Part shown: positions 1 to 11,649 of the stretch, piece by piece
How the letters are laid out: every line of letters starts with the position of its first letter
Position numbering within the stretch: position 1 is the first letter of the stretch
Source: Vicugna vicugna
Taxonomy: Eukaryota
Direction of reading: 5' to 3'
Assembly (NCBI GenBank): GCA_013265495.1
Contig: MU058423.1
Location: 4,882,793-4,946,792 of the forward strand
Length of the DNA: 64,000 nucleotides
Position numbers and translations under genes: made by a program
Notes under the pieces: generated by a model
The model's input: the letters and a program-made list of their open reading frames with translations, nothing else
What the model was told of the DNA's origin: nothing
The model's database searches: none

Positions 1-142
1 TTTAGATTCTACATATGAACGATATCATATGGCATTTTTCTTTCTCTTTCTGACTTACTTCACTTAGAATGATCATCTCCAGGTCCATCCATGTTGCTGC
101 AAATGGCATTATTTTATTCTTTTTTATGGCTGAGTTGTGTTC

Positions 143-185
<43 letters not shown>

Positions 186-1064
186 CATATATATATATGT
201 ATAAAATATATACATCACATCTTCTTCATCCAGACATCTATTGGTGGACATTGGGTTGTTTCCATGTCTTGGCTATTGTAAATAGTGCTGCTATGAACAT
301 TGGGAGGCATGTGTCTTTTTGAATTATATTTTTCTCTGGATATATGCCCAGGAGTGGGATTGCTGGATCATATGGTAAGTCTATTTTTAGTTTTTTAAGA
401 AACCTCCATACTGTCCTCAATAGTGGCTGCACCAATTTACATTCCCACCAACAGTGTAGGAGGGTTCCTTTTTCTCCACACTCTCTCCAGCATTTATCAT
501 TTGTAAACTCTTTAATGATGGCCATTCTGACTCGTGTGAGGTGATATCTCATTGTAGTTTCGATTTGCATTTCTCTAACAATTAGTGATGTTGAGCATCT
601 TTTCATGTGCTTGTTGGCCATCTGGATGCCTTCTTTGGAGAGATGTCTATTTAGGTCTTCTGTCCATTTTTAATTGGGTTGCTTTTTTTTTTGACATTAA
701 GGTGTATGAGCTGTTTGTGTATTTCGGAAATTAGTCCCTTGTTGGTCCCATCATTTGCAAATATATTCTCCCACTCTGTAGGTTGTCTTTTCATTTTGTT
801 GGTGGTATCCTTAGCTGTGCAAAAGCTTTTAAGTTTAAATATATCCCATTTGTTTATTTTTGCTTCTGTTTCCATCACTCAAGGAGCTGGTTCAAAAAAT
901 ATATTGCTATGATTTGTGTCCAAGAGTGTCCTGTGTTTTCCTCTAGGAGTTTTATAGTATCTGGTCTTACATTTAAGTCTTTATTCCATCTTGAATTTAT
1001 TTTTGTATATAATTGCTGCTGGGAAAACTGGACAGCTACTTGTAAAAGACTGAAATTAGAAAAT
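1..1064 (-). mobile_element. Young LINE-1, 5'-truncated (ORF2 C-terminus and 3'UTR), with a short 5' inversion at about 1011-1064; the 3' end lies outside the window
   Basis: Minus-strand ORFs 238-621 ([13 protein letters not shown]...[24 protein letters not shown]...) and 651-878 ([17 protein letters not shown]) are L1 ORF2 C-terminal sequence. The plus-strand segment 1011-1064 reads [15 protein letters not shown]. Confidence 0.95.
148..198. repeat. Compound microsatellite (TG)16(CG)n(AT)n inside the L1 3' region
   Basis: Directly visible in the sequence. Confidence 0.95.
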
Positions 1065-1895
1065 GTATTATTTTAAAATAAAAAGGACAACCAATCTACA
1101 CGTAACATCACAGACTCTTCAACCACAAGAAAAATCTCTACTTGTTGAGAGAGTTTTATTTATTTATCCCGTAAATATTGCGTTCACTGCAGTGTGGCAG
1201 TATTTCCCCTGTAAACAGCTACGTTATTACTATTCAAGAGGAGCACAATGATTACGACCATCATGACCTGGGACCAGGCTGTGCGAACAGTAACCGCAAA
1301 AGAAAAGCTTTAAGTTCTTATGTTGCCATTGAGAACCGATAGGGGTTTCTGTTCTGTTTTTCCTTAAAGTGCTCTATTGTACTTTGAACCCTGAAGATGA
1401 AACTGTGGCTTTCACAAAACTATCGAGAGGCACACACAGTTGCATACGCACAAACACATACGCAAATACTCCTGAGATTCCCTCAATTGTTTTTTCAACC
1501 TAAGAAAAACCTTGCGTAAGATCAGAAGTAGACAGTGCAGTAGGAGTTCAAAAGAAAGGCACATCAAGGAAACACTCTGTGTAATTGCAGACAAACAATT
1601 CTGGGAGTTGGCTTGCACAGGACTGGCTGTTACAGTATTTTCTTGATGGTGAATATGTCAAAGTTTCTTCCAATTCTGACTGACTTGAAGTACCTTTGGA
1701 TACATATCAATCTAATTCAATTTATTGCTCCATAAAAGTATTTTTACCGATTATAAGAAAGAGGAGACATAACTGAAACATCAATGATTTCTGAGATTAG
1801 AATCTCTTGACCCAGATTGATTCATCTTGAGTATGACCTATTTGAATCCGATTTATCGTGAATTCAATAGATCTGACTTTTCTTAATGACTCATG

Positions 1896-2000
1896 TTTAT
1901 TTATTTGATTTATTTATTTAAATGGAGGTTCTGGGGATTGAACCCAGGAACTCCTGCATGCTACGCATGTGCTTTACCCCTGAGCTATATCTCTTCCCCC
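1896..2000 (-). mobile_element. tRNA-derived SINE, camelid vic-1-like
   Basis: The reverse complement reads GGGGGAAGAGATATAGCTCAGGGGTAAAGCACATGCGTAGCATGCAGGAGTTCCTGGGTTCAATCCCCAGAACCTCC followed by a (TAAA)n tail. It carries A and B boxes and a near-TSD, TTAATGAC(T/C)CA, at 1883-1893 and 2003-2013. Confidence 0.9.
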
Positions 2001-3089
2001 ATTTAATGACCCACTTTCAGAAGGAAGGGGTATGTCTAGTAATGCTTTCATATGGGTCTCCCACTGAGCTTCTTTACTTATTACCAAGCCTGATTTTAAA
2101 GTACTTGTTGGAGACAGCTGTGGTAGGGTCAAGTCTGTTGCCAGTGACGTCTGTTTCAGTTGTTACCCTCCAAGGACACAGATTCCATACCTCTTAAGTC
2201 TGTGCTGCCCAAAAGGCACCTAGATTCAAATAAAATGTGTGGTAATGCCAACCTTGTTTCATTTTTGGTTCTTTCCCTGCTATTAGGAAGTCTCATACAT
2301 GGTTCTTTGTACTAAAAGGACATAACTTTTAATTACAAAGACCCTAACTTTCTAGTGACTTTTTACCATGGCAGGTAGAAGAAAACATACAAGAAATCTC
2401 TTGTTAAAAGTAACAAGAAAGTTAAAAACAGTAATTCCAGCATTCATTTTTTAAGTAGCATGAAATGATGTCCCAGAAAAATTTTTCATGAATCCTACAA
2501 CCACACAATATTTAAAAATTGGTATGACCAATTACCTAATATCAAGTATTTAATTTCTATTTCCAGTACAGTAAAAATGTGTATTTATCAAGTAGCTCAG
2601 GAAAAACAGAACTGAGGTTGAGGAACTATAAATACAGAGATATAAAAAGTATACCACGTGCCATATTGCTACTGGTGACTATTAAGTGCTTTTTGCCATG
2701 GGGAGAAAATGTGAATATTGACATAAATGTGTGTGAGGTAGGTGGGTAACTCTAGAAAAAGTGCTGCTGATTTTGTCAGACAGCTGCAGAAATTCAACAT
2801 TTCTAAATGAAATGCAGTAACATGAAGTGTCCAGCACAGCCACTGAAGCAGCAAGTCCTTGGTTATACGGTATTTGGGAAGCAGGATGTGAGGTGAATCT
2901 CTGGCTCCAGTTTGATTACATGCGACACATCTACAAGGCAAGTGGACAGTCCTTTCTTATTAGGAGCAATGTGTGTAGTATGATAAAACTTTCATGTGGT
3001 AATGGAAAGTCTGCAGACACCGGAGGCAGACGAGTTACATTTGAAGTTTGGCCAGGATCTCACACCTCTGAGCTGTGTGACTTGGAGGT

Positions 3090-3590
3090 TGGGAGAGTTG
3101 AGGAGAGTTTTATAAAGGAACTAGTCACAAAGAGGTGGACAGAGTTTAGGAAACCCAACAAGGGATAGTATAGTGCTCTTAGGTTCACAACAGGTAGGAG
3201 CCATTACACTATGTCTGAAGGGATGGGAAGGAGCAGTTGGCAGAATTCTGAGGGCTGCCTGACAAGTGGCAGCTGACCCACAGTGACCCAGCAGGGAGGG
3301 ATCTGGGAGTATCAATACCCTGACCTCACTGACCCCACGCTCCTACAGCTAGCCCTTTCCAGTTCTCCATCGGACAAACCTTACAGAAAGCAGAGGGTCA
3401 AGAGACACATTAAATGTATGACTGAAACATGATGCTGTACACTGGAAATTGACACAACATTGTAAACTGACTATACTTCAATAAAAAAGAATGTAAATTA
3501 AAAAAAAAACCCACATTAAAGCGGGTTGTTAAAGGTCAGCTGCTCAGTAAGATGGAGGAGGAGCACAGATGAGAGCTCGGGGAGACGGCG
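3090..3590 (-). mobile_element. Old ERVL-type LTR (LTR33-like), interrupting a MIR and itself interrupted by an L1 tail
   Basis: GAGGAGAGTTTTATAAAGGAACTAGTCACAAAGAGGTGGACAGAGTTTAGGAAACCCAACAAGGGAT resembles the LTR33 family as I recall it. A MIR-like start lies at about 2980-3090. Confidence 0.55.
3415..3511 (+). mobile_element. Extreme 3' end (about 95 bp) of a young camelid-type L1
   Basis: TGCTGTACACTGGAAATTGACACAACATTGTAAACTGACTATACTTCAATAAAAA is the reverse complement of the L1 terminus at about 12400. It has an A-tail and the TSD CACATTAAA at 3406-3414 and 3512-3520. Confidence 0.9.
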
Positions 3591-3939
3591 GAGCAGACCC
3601 GGTTCCCACACTCATGTCTGTGGACATTAAATTACCAAAGAGAGGTTCTTTATCATTCAATTGCAGTCACATATACATCTATACTTTGGAATTCTTTGCA
3701 GCACCCTCTCCATCTTGACAAAGTCAGAAAAAGGAAGTGACCAAATCCACCATGTTTTCCTTTTCAACTCAGTTGCCCTGGGGAATCTTGGTGCAGTAAT
3801 AGTAACTACATCAGGAATAACTATAACTAATTTATTTGTTTCCTGTTCCTCTTCATGCTTGTGACTTAAAAAAACAAAAACAAAAACAAAAACTTCCCGG
3901 CTTAACCGCAATTTTAACCAGTGGCTTTCTATTCATACT

Positions 3940-4640
3940 GACTGAGTTCACTTAACTGCTCCACTGCCTCTTCGCCGTGTGATCCCGGACAAATGACTTA
4001 GGCTTTCTAAGTCTTAGTTTGCTCACATGAAAAATAAAGATACCGTGGTGTAACCGAGCAAGTGGGCTCGCTGCCCACTGCACGACAGAAAGACCAAGTA
4101 CGGAGGCAGTGGTCTTCAGCTGAGAGGAGAGGCTTTACCGCAGGGCGGCCAAGCGAGGAGACAGGAGGCGAGGCTCAGATCTGTCTGTCCTGTCGGGCCC
4201 ACGAGTGGGATATTTGCTGTGAAAGTAGGGCGTCGGAGGGGGAGGAGGCTCTGAAATGATTGACGGGAAGTGACGGGAAGTTTCCAGCGTTCTCTGCGGA
4301 GGTGTGACCGCTTTTCACGCCTCTTCATGGGTCATGTAGAAATGTGGGGGGTTCAGTGTATCACAGGTGGTGGATTTGGGGCCTGTAATGTCCAGAGTTC
4401 ACACTCAGCCACCCTACTTCCTCAGTGCACCTGTGCAGTGTTCAGCCAAGGGGGCTGTCAGCAAGTGGCTTCCCTGGGTCTCTGTACGACAAGCTTGGGG
4501 CTCTCAGTGAATCACTTTGTTTCTACTTTCAGGGCCTTGAGTGTGTAAGGTATAGGGTATGGTTTCATTGATATGACTTAAATGTTTTTTTCATGAAGAC
4601 AAGTAGGAGGAACTCAGTAAATGTTAGCTGCCATTGTTGT
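3940..4640 (+). mobile_element. MIR split by the LTR at 4049-4531
   Basis: A MIR core (GTGTGATCCCGGACAAATGACTTAGGCTTTCTAAGTCTTAGTTTGCTCACATGAAAAAT) lies before the LTR and a MIR 3' end (ACTCAGTAAATGTTAGCTGCCATTGTTG) lies after it. Confidence 0.65.
4049..4531 (-). mobile_element. Solo LTR, ERV1-like, CpG-rich
   Basis: It has TG...CA termini, is about 480 bp long and is GC/CpG-rich. Its start (TGTAACCGAGCAAGTGGGCTCGCTGCCC...) resembles the reversed 3' end of ERV1 LTRs. No clean TSD is visible. Confidence 0.7.
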
Positions 4641-5769
4641 TTCTGAGAAGATTTTTCAGAGTAACTAATTCATAAATAATTAATTTATGTGAACTATCAA
4701 CTTGTATGAATAATAACAAGTTATAATAGTACCATGCTTTCTTAATCTGAACCCGGAAGTAATATCTTCCTCACAATATTGTTGTGACTGTCTAGTGGGA
4801 AGAATCATGGTGTGTTCTTTGTAATCTACAGCACATCTGTGAATGCTGGTTCTTGTTGTTATTGTTACTTTTAACCGAAATAGACTCTCTCCTTTGCCAG
4901 TGAGTCCTCTCCAGTAGGAGGGTGGACTGGATGAGTTTGATCATGTTTCAAATGGCTCGGCACAGTGGCTTTCGTCTGAAATGCCAACAGAAAGAGTTCA
5001 GTCAGTAACGACCTTTATGCCTTCTACTCAAGAAAATAAGAAGTTTAACCAAAAAGGAGAGACTGAATTAGAAGCACCTCTTTGCAGACTGAGAATAGGC
5101 TTGTAAGAATAAAGAAACAAGGATAATGTTGTATAAGTGTACCTACCCAAAGATGTTTTTCAATGGTTGGAACTAAGAAAAGCAAAGTACTTTTCCAAGG
5201 TTGTATTTTAGGTGATTTTCCCAGCAAAGAAAATGATAAAGGACAACCCAGGAAACAGCAGGATAACAAGGGCATTTCTTTGGCATAGATATTAAAGTCC
5301 AGTAGCGAAGCACTTATGATTTACTATTCTCCCTTAATGGAAGTTTTAAAATATGTATATGCTATTTATAATGTATACAAAGCTATATAGCTTGTAATCT
5401 CCAAAAAGAATATATGTATTTGAGAAGAATAAAATCCTGGGGTAAATCAATCTACCGAAATACCCTTTCTTTATGAGCTTTACTGGTGTATATGTAACCC
5501 CATCAAAAATACCTTGGCATGTCTTTGAGACATAACACAGGTGTGTGTGTGTGTTGGGGGTGTGTGTGTGTGTATGTGCACATGCTGCCATGTGGCACTC
5601 ACTGCAATACAGATTATTGAACAAATCTGAAATTAGGGAAGATTTGGGAATTTTTATGTTCTGGATGAATATGGAATGTGAATCTAGAGTTGTCTTTCAG
5701 TGTGGGGCCTTTGAATAGTTTGTCACAAGAGCCGCACGGGAGTGGCAGAATTGCAATGATGCAGTTTCA

Positions 5770-5910
5770 GGAGTTCTTAGTCCCAGTCCCAGAACAGTCC
5801 TAGATAAGCACTGTGACCTTGGACAAAGTCATTTAACCTCCCTGGATCTCAGTTTATTCATCTGTAAAGCATTGAGGTTGAACTCTGTGTTCTCTCAGGT
5901 CCTTACGAGA
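5770..5910 (+). mobile_element. MIR fragment
   Basis: CTGTGACCTTGGACAAAGTCATTTAACCTCCCTGGATCTCAGTTTATTCATCTGTAAA is the MIR core. Confidence 0.8.
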
Positions 5911-7129
5911 GGTAAAGTTTTCCAATTCTCCAGGAGTCAATTATTGAGGTCTTTTGTGGTCAAGTTTGCATCCTTTATTGTTTAAGGCAGCAATAAACAA
6001 GAATAACCTCTGCTCCAAAATTAGAATATTCTGTAACTTACTAGAAATAGATGAAAATATTCTAAGGAGAATAATGATTACATCATTTGATCTAGGCACA
6101 AAGCTGCAAAATTCAAAACAAAGCCTATTTACCATCTCCTTAAGTGCTTCCCTTGTTCAAAAACAAGTCAAGACTGACACTCATTATTCCCTACAGCTCA
6201 AAGCTACATAACACTGTGGGTGCCTCGCTTAATGCCTTTGCTGTAGCCTGACACAGTCTTTGGATCTGCCTCTGTTCCTTGTCAGCACCAGGGACAAAGC
6301 CTGGTTTCTTTTACAAAGAGAGTGGATTTTTAGAAAAGGCATGACAGCATCTTTTTTGTTGCTTAAATTTCTTTGGTTGCACATTATATCTCACTTCCCT
6401 AGTGTGAGGCCACTGGCCTGTGTTCCAACTTTAATTCCCTCACAGATGTTAAAGAGCCTAATAATATCCCCAGGGCCTGTCTCAGACAGAACAGCGCAAG
6501 AGACAAAGGCCGTCTTTGGGACATTTTAACCTCCCTTTTCAGAACTATCACCAAGTGCCTAGCTGGTGCCCCAATCTCTTAGGACTGGATTCTGATGCTG
6601 TATTATCCGTTACCTGGCAAGTATTTTAGATGGTGCCCACTCAAGGGACTTTGCCTTATGGTGGTGTGTTCTCAGTGCTAAAAAAGAGCCTTGACAACCA
6701 AATGAATTAAAGGGTATGATTTTACCAGAAGTGATTGCCATTTGCAAAAATGGAAAGTCTCTTTAGGGCAGGGAGGTAAGTTAAAAGTCACTATAGCTGT
6801 ATGTATCCTCACATATGGATTCACTGAGGTATTATGTATATATAGGTAGATTGAGTAGGTAACATGATACATTGGAAAAAGCAGAACTAAATTTAAATTT
6901 TCACCCTCAGCAGTTTGTTCACTTCCTTGAGCCTCAGTCTTCTAATGAAAAAAAAAAAAAAAAAAAAAAGGCAACTGGATAACCCCATGTGGACTTTTCA
7001 TTAGATTTAACTGAAATGATTTAGTTAGAGTCCCTGGGACAATTATCAGGCTATTCATGTGATATTTCCTAAATATTCTTTCTTTTCTCTTAGAAAGCTA
7101 TTATATAAAATAAGAAGCTGGCCATTTGC

Positions 7130-7500
7130 ATGTTTCAGGTAACAGAAATCCCAATTAACAGTAGCATAACAGATTCTCTTATATTACAAAAAATCACGTT
7201 GGTAGGAGCTGGCATGGGTTCAGGTGTTCAATATCAAGGTTAGACTCTGCACTTCCTTTTTCCTTCTCTGAGGTCACATCTATATTCAAGATGAGAAGGA
7301 GAAAATGGCGGGTGGTCCTTTGTTAGGAAAGTGTATGAATTTGTAGAATTCCCGCAGCAGACTTCCCCTTCATTTCATTGGGCAGTTTGGGTCATATGAC
7401 TGGATCTAACTGTAAGGGAGGTTAGGAAGTAAAGAACAAGATGCCGTGACAGAATTAAACCAATAATCAGCCAGTGTCTGGGGCCAACAAAACAAACTCT
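7130..7500 (-). mobile_element. Old MaLR LTR (MLT1K/L-like)
   Basis: Contains the motifs AACAGAAATCCCAATTAACAGTAGC and GCAGACTTCCCTTCATTTCATTGGGCAGTTTGGGTCATATG. Confidence 0.55.
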
Positions 7501-7579
7501 GTTCTGGAAATAGACTTCTTCTTTGTGTCAGGACACAGAACAAGTGTGGAGAGCCTGCTTAATCTTTCTCTGCAAAGCA

Positions 7580-9840
7580 AACATGTGAAGACTACAGAAA
7601 TGAAACATAGAAGTTAGGAACTAACAAAAAACTGAGAAATACTAGGAGGACTGAAAGTTCTTGTAAACTGGTGTGAGTCTGTGTAGTTCTTTGTGGAGAA
7701 AGAGCTGCAGGCAGACACAAATGAGGTGGCAACTTACTAGTGGATGAGGTAGAAGAAAACTTGCCATTTCTGCTTCTCTCCCTTCCCTGCATTGCCTTGG
7801 ATTTTCATGGCTCTCCATAGTGACAGGAATCAGTACCAATGGCAGGTTTGGGATGGGTAATGCCAGAGAAGCCAAAAGCCCAGCTGGGTGAGGCAAACCC
7901 TCCAACACCAGGGAACCTGGATTGCAGCCTAAGGACACTACCACTGCCAATGTTGCAGATTTCAATGGGCTAATACTGCAAGAGTTTCAGGGTGGTGCCA
8001 CATCACGTAGGAGTTGTTACCTCGTTCTAGGTTGCCTAGAACCTTCCACTCTGGATTTCATTCCATCTAATCTTTTTAAACTTTCCAGGAGGGACACAAG
8101 GTAAGATTTGGCCTTTGAAATTTCCCAGTATGTTTTACCAGAAAGTGTAGCTGCTATCCTAGGGGGTCATGAGTTCCTAGTCTTAATTAACTAGATGTCT
8201 GTGGATGGACTACAACAAACTGAACAATTCATGTGACATGAAGCTGAGTTATTAGACCTCAAGAACAAGAATTTTTTTTAAAAGCATAATAAATATGCTC
8301 AAAGACATAGCTGAATGGAGAACGAATAAGTCATACAAAGAATCAAGTGGGAGTGTTAGGAATGATAAATATAATCACTAAAATAATTGATAGAATGATG
8401 AAAAGAATGGAGATGGCCAAGAAATACACTGAGTAAACTTGAAAAATGAGGAAACTTCCCAGAAGTCAAGAGGCAGGACAGAGAGATAGAAAAAAATGTG
8501 CAAAGCAATTGAGGTAGGCCCCAGGGACTTTGCAGAGGTGGGTAAGAGTTTTGAGACGAGCAGATCATCCTGGATTATCAAGGTGAGTCCAAATGTGAAG
8601 AGTGAAGAAGGGGATTTGAAGAGGCCAGGCTGCTGACCATGCAAATGGAGGAAGGGGCCATGAGCCAAGGACTACAAGGACTGAAGCTCCAGAAGCTGGA
8701 GTAGGCAGGAAGCAAATTCTCCCCAAAGCCCTCAGAGGGAGTGCGGCCCTGACGAACACAGTGTTGGTCCAGTGAAGTACATCACAGACTTCTGACCTCC
8801 AGAACCGCAAGACATGAATTTGTGTTGTTTTAAGTCACTAAGTTTGTGGTAATTTATTACAGGAGCCAAAGGAAATGTATAGAGGTTTATACAAGGTTAA
8901 GGTACAAATATTAACATCTTGAAATTGGAAATTTCAGAGGAAAGTGAGGGGAAGGAGGAGAGAAATATTTGTAAAAATAGAAAATGTTTCTGAAATAATG
9001 GAGAAAAAAATTTTTCACAGTTAAATATAAAAATCCTCTGACTGAAAGAACTTACAGAACAGCAAATAGGAGAGACAGAGAAATACCCACATTAAGAAAT
9101 TATTGAAATAGAGCATGTACTGGGTCATAAAATGGAGCTTCATCAAATTCTTAAAAGTCAATATCCTATAGATTTCCCTCTATAAGTCATAGTAAAATTA
9201 GAAATTGGTATTTAAACACTAGCTTTAAAATGGGTTATTTTTGAAAACAATATGGTATGTTACTAAATAATCCTGAGCTTGAAAAAGATTGCATGAAAGA
9301 ATTTTAAAAATTAGAAATACACAGAATTATTTGATACTTTAAACGTATATGTCAAATTCTGTGAGACCCAGCTAAAGTAGTCCTTACATGAAACTAATAG
9401 CCTTAAGTATATTGAAACTGTATATTTAAAATGTATAAATAGATGGTTTAAACAAATACGTCAAAACATTCAGCAAAAGAAATTAGAAAATAGAACAACA
9501 GAGGAAACAAAGAAGCAGAATGACAAGAAAAAACAAAGATAAACTAGAAATCAATGAAATAGACAAAGAGCAGAAAAAATTAATTAGAAAAGGGTTCTTT
9601 GTAAAGATAAGTATACCTTTGACAAGAGTGAACCAAACAAAACAGAACAGATGCAGATAAACAAAATCCTGACAGAAAACATTTAAAAGCAAAACCATCT
9701 TACGAATAATTACATAATAATAATTTTCAATTTCATGAGCGTACTGTAATTCGATTCCAAAAACCAGATAAAGGTAAGAAGAAAATAAAAGTAAAGACTC
9801 ATTTCATTTATTAGGACAACAAGAAAAATTCTGGATAACA
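7580..9840 (+). mobile_element. Ancient degraded L1 (5'/ORF1/ORF2 pieces) interrupted by an MLT1 LTR
   Basis: A-rich L1-like segments such as CATGTACTGGGTCATAAAATGGAGCTTCATCAAATTC, GTGAGACCCAGCTAAAGTAGTCCTT and AGAAATCAATGAAATAGACAAAG. Confidence 0.6.
8505..8882 (+). mobile_element. MaLR solo LTR (MLT1D-like)
   Basis: AGGGACTTTGCAGAGGTG...ATCCTGGATTATC...GGAGGAAGGGGCCATGAGCCAAGG...GACTTCTGACCTCCAGAAC...TGTGTTGTTTTAAGTCACTAAGTTTGTGGTAATTTATTACAG. Confidence 0.9.
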
Positions 9841-9889
9841 TATTAGCTAAGGGAATCCAGCTGTGCCTTAAAAATTAACAGACCGTGAT

Positions 9890-10200
9890 TATCTTCCTTG
9901 GGTTCCCCTAGAAGCTGGCACTGAGACAAAGATTCACATGGAGGCAGGTTATTTAGAAGATGATTCTGGGAAACCTTGGTAGGAAAGTGAGAGAGTGATT
10001 CAAGGAAAGGAAGGCTGTTAATAAAGAGCTTGTTAGCAAGGAAGCCACCATTGTGGGCACCTGGCTTTATTTCAGCTGGGAAGTCCTGGGACCCAAGGTG
10101 GACCATCTGCCTGACATTAACCTCACTCTGAAACGTGAGAGTTTTGTCCTTTATAAATGAATCTCCATCATTCCTTGGTTGAGAGCTGCTTCTCCATAAT
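9890..10200 (-). mobile_element. ERVL LTR remnant (LTR16-like)
   Basis: GGGTTCCCCTAGAAGCTGGCACTGAGACAAAGATTCACATGGAGGCAGGTTATTTAGAAGATGATTCTGGGAA. Confidence 0.65.
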
Positions 10201-11649
10201 TAAGTTGTTACCAAAAAAATCAGCATTTCAGAGCCTTGAATATCACCTGAAATGGTCTGAATCAGTCAATACAATTCAAAGTATATCATCCTTTCAGATA
10301 GTGTCTAAGAAAAAACAAACCCTGCTTTTCCTCTATACAAAATAAGTATACAAAATACATATACTAAGAATGCTTTCTTCAGTTGTCAACATGGTTTATT
10401 TTCAGCTGCTCGTAAGGTATAATTAAATATTGAACTTTTTGTGGAATTTTATTTTTGAAGAAAAGAATGCTATTGGCTTTTTGTAGAAGAATGTTGCCTG
10501 TCTTTTTCTTAAAATAAAGTTTTAACGTACATCTTGATGCTTTTACTTCTTTCAAGTGAAATTTGGTTTAAGGGTGAGAAGTTGAAGAGAGAGAGAGAAA
10601 AAAAAAAACCTCTCTTGAATACATTACACACACACAATGCAGTCTTTGAATTAGGCTGCTGGAATGTTCTCTTCTTATGGAGATTACTTAGGGCTAGGTC
10701 TGTTTTCCCTGCAATGCCTCATTAGCTCCGAACACATTTTTCCCTAGATAAATTTAAAAGCTCATCCTAATTAGACTTCACTAGGGTGGTCTGAATTATT
10801 TGATCCATTCAGGAAAAAAACGATAGAAAAAAGATTACCTTGGGCGGCTGGCATGAATGAGAGTGAGGATAACCACGGTGATTTTAAGCTTTGGATTAGA
10901 TTTCATGGAATTTTCAATATCCAGCCTCAACATTAGGCAATAAACAGTATTCACAAGCAATTTTCTCTTTCGTTTTATTAAATGCTTTTGTAACTATAAT
11001 ACTGTCTTTGTCTTCCCTGGACTCATTTTGTTCCTAACACCACCCTAATCCACCAAGTCCTTTAAAACAGCAGTGAATTGTTTAATGCTAAGTGGACCTG
11101 CGCTTTAGGATGTGTCCTTTTTCAGTTCTGCTATCAATATCCTTCGTGAACTTTCTCCTCATCTGGACTTAACGCAAAGACTTTCAGTCCATCTTTTACA
11201 CTGATGGCAGAGTTCTTTCTCTAAAAGTGCCCACACAAGACACGCACACTAGGTGTTTCCAAAGTTCCTTGTTCTTTGTCCACCATCCTACCTGAAATAT
11301 TATCCTTTAGTTTTCTATTCATTAGAATTCATCCACTACATTTTTCTCTTTTCCAGTTATGTTGTTAGGGTCTAGCAGATGGGATGAGCAGTGCGCCGCA
11401 CAGCCTATGGAAAATATTGTTTAAAAATGATTAACTGCAGGAATTGACCTGATCTGAACATGTCACATTAATATTTTTCCATAGATGACAGGATTTAGCA
11501 AGATGTTCAAAGTGAGCTCCCAAACTTCCTTTGCAAGTAAAATTCCTTTTAGTTTTCAGGCATGTTTCTGCTTAATCTTCCAACAAATGCTGTGCTCAGT
11601 TGGCATTCAGCTGTCCTGTAACGTGTCCTTCTGTTTCTCTTCTTCCTAC

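Noticed and set aside
238..878. L1 ORF2-like ORFs (also 12712-12954 and 31171-31833) as genes
   Set aside because: They are frameshifted, 5'-truncated L1 remnants rather than functional coding sequences.
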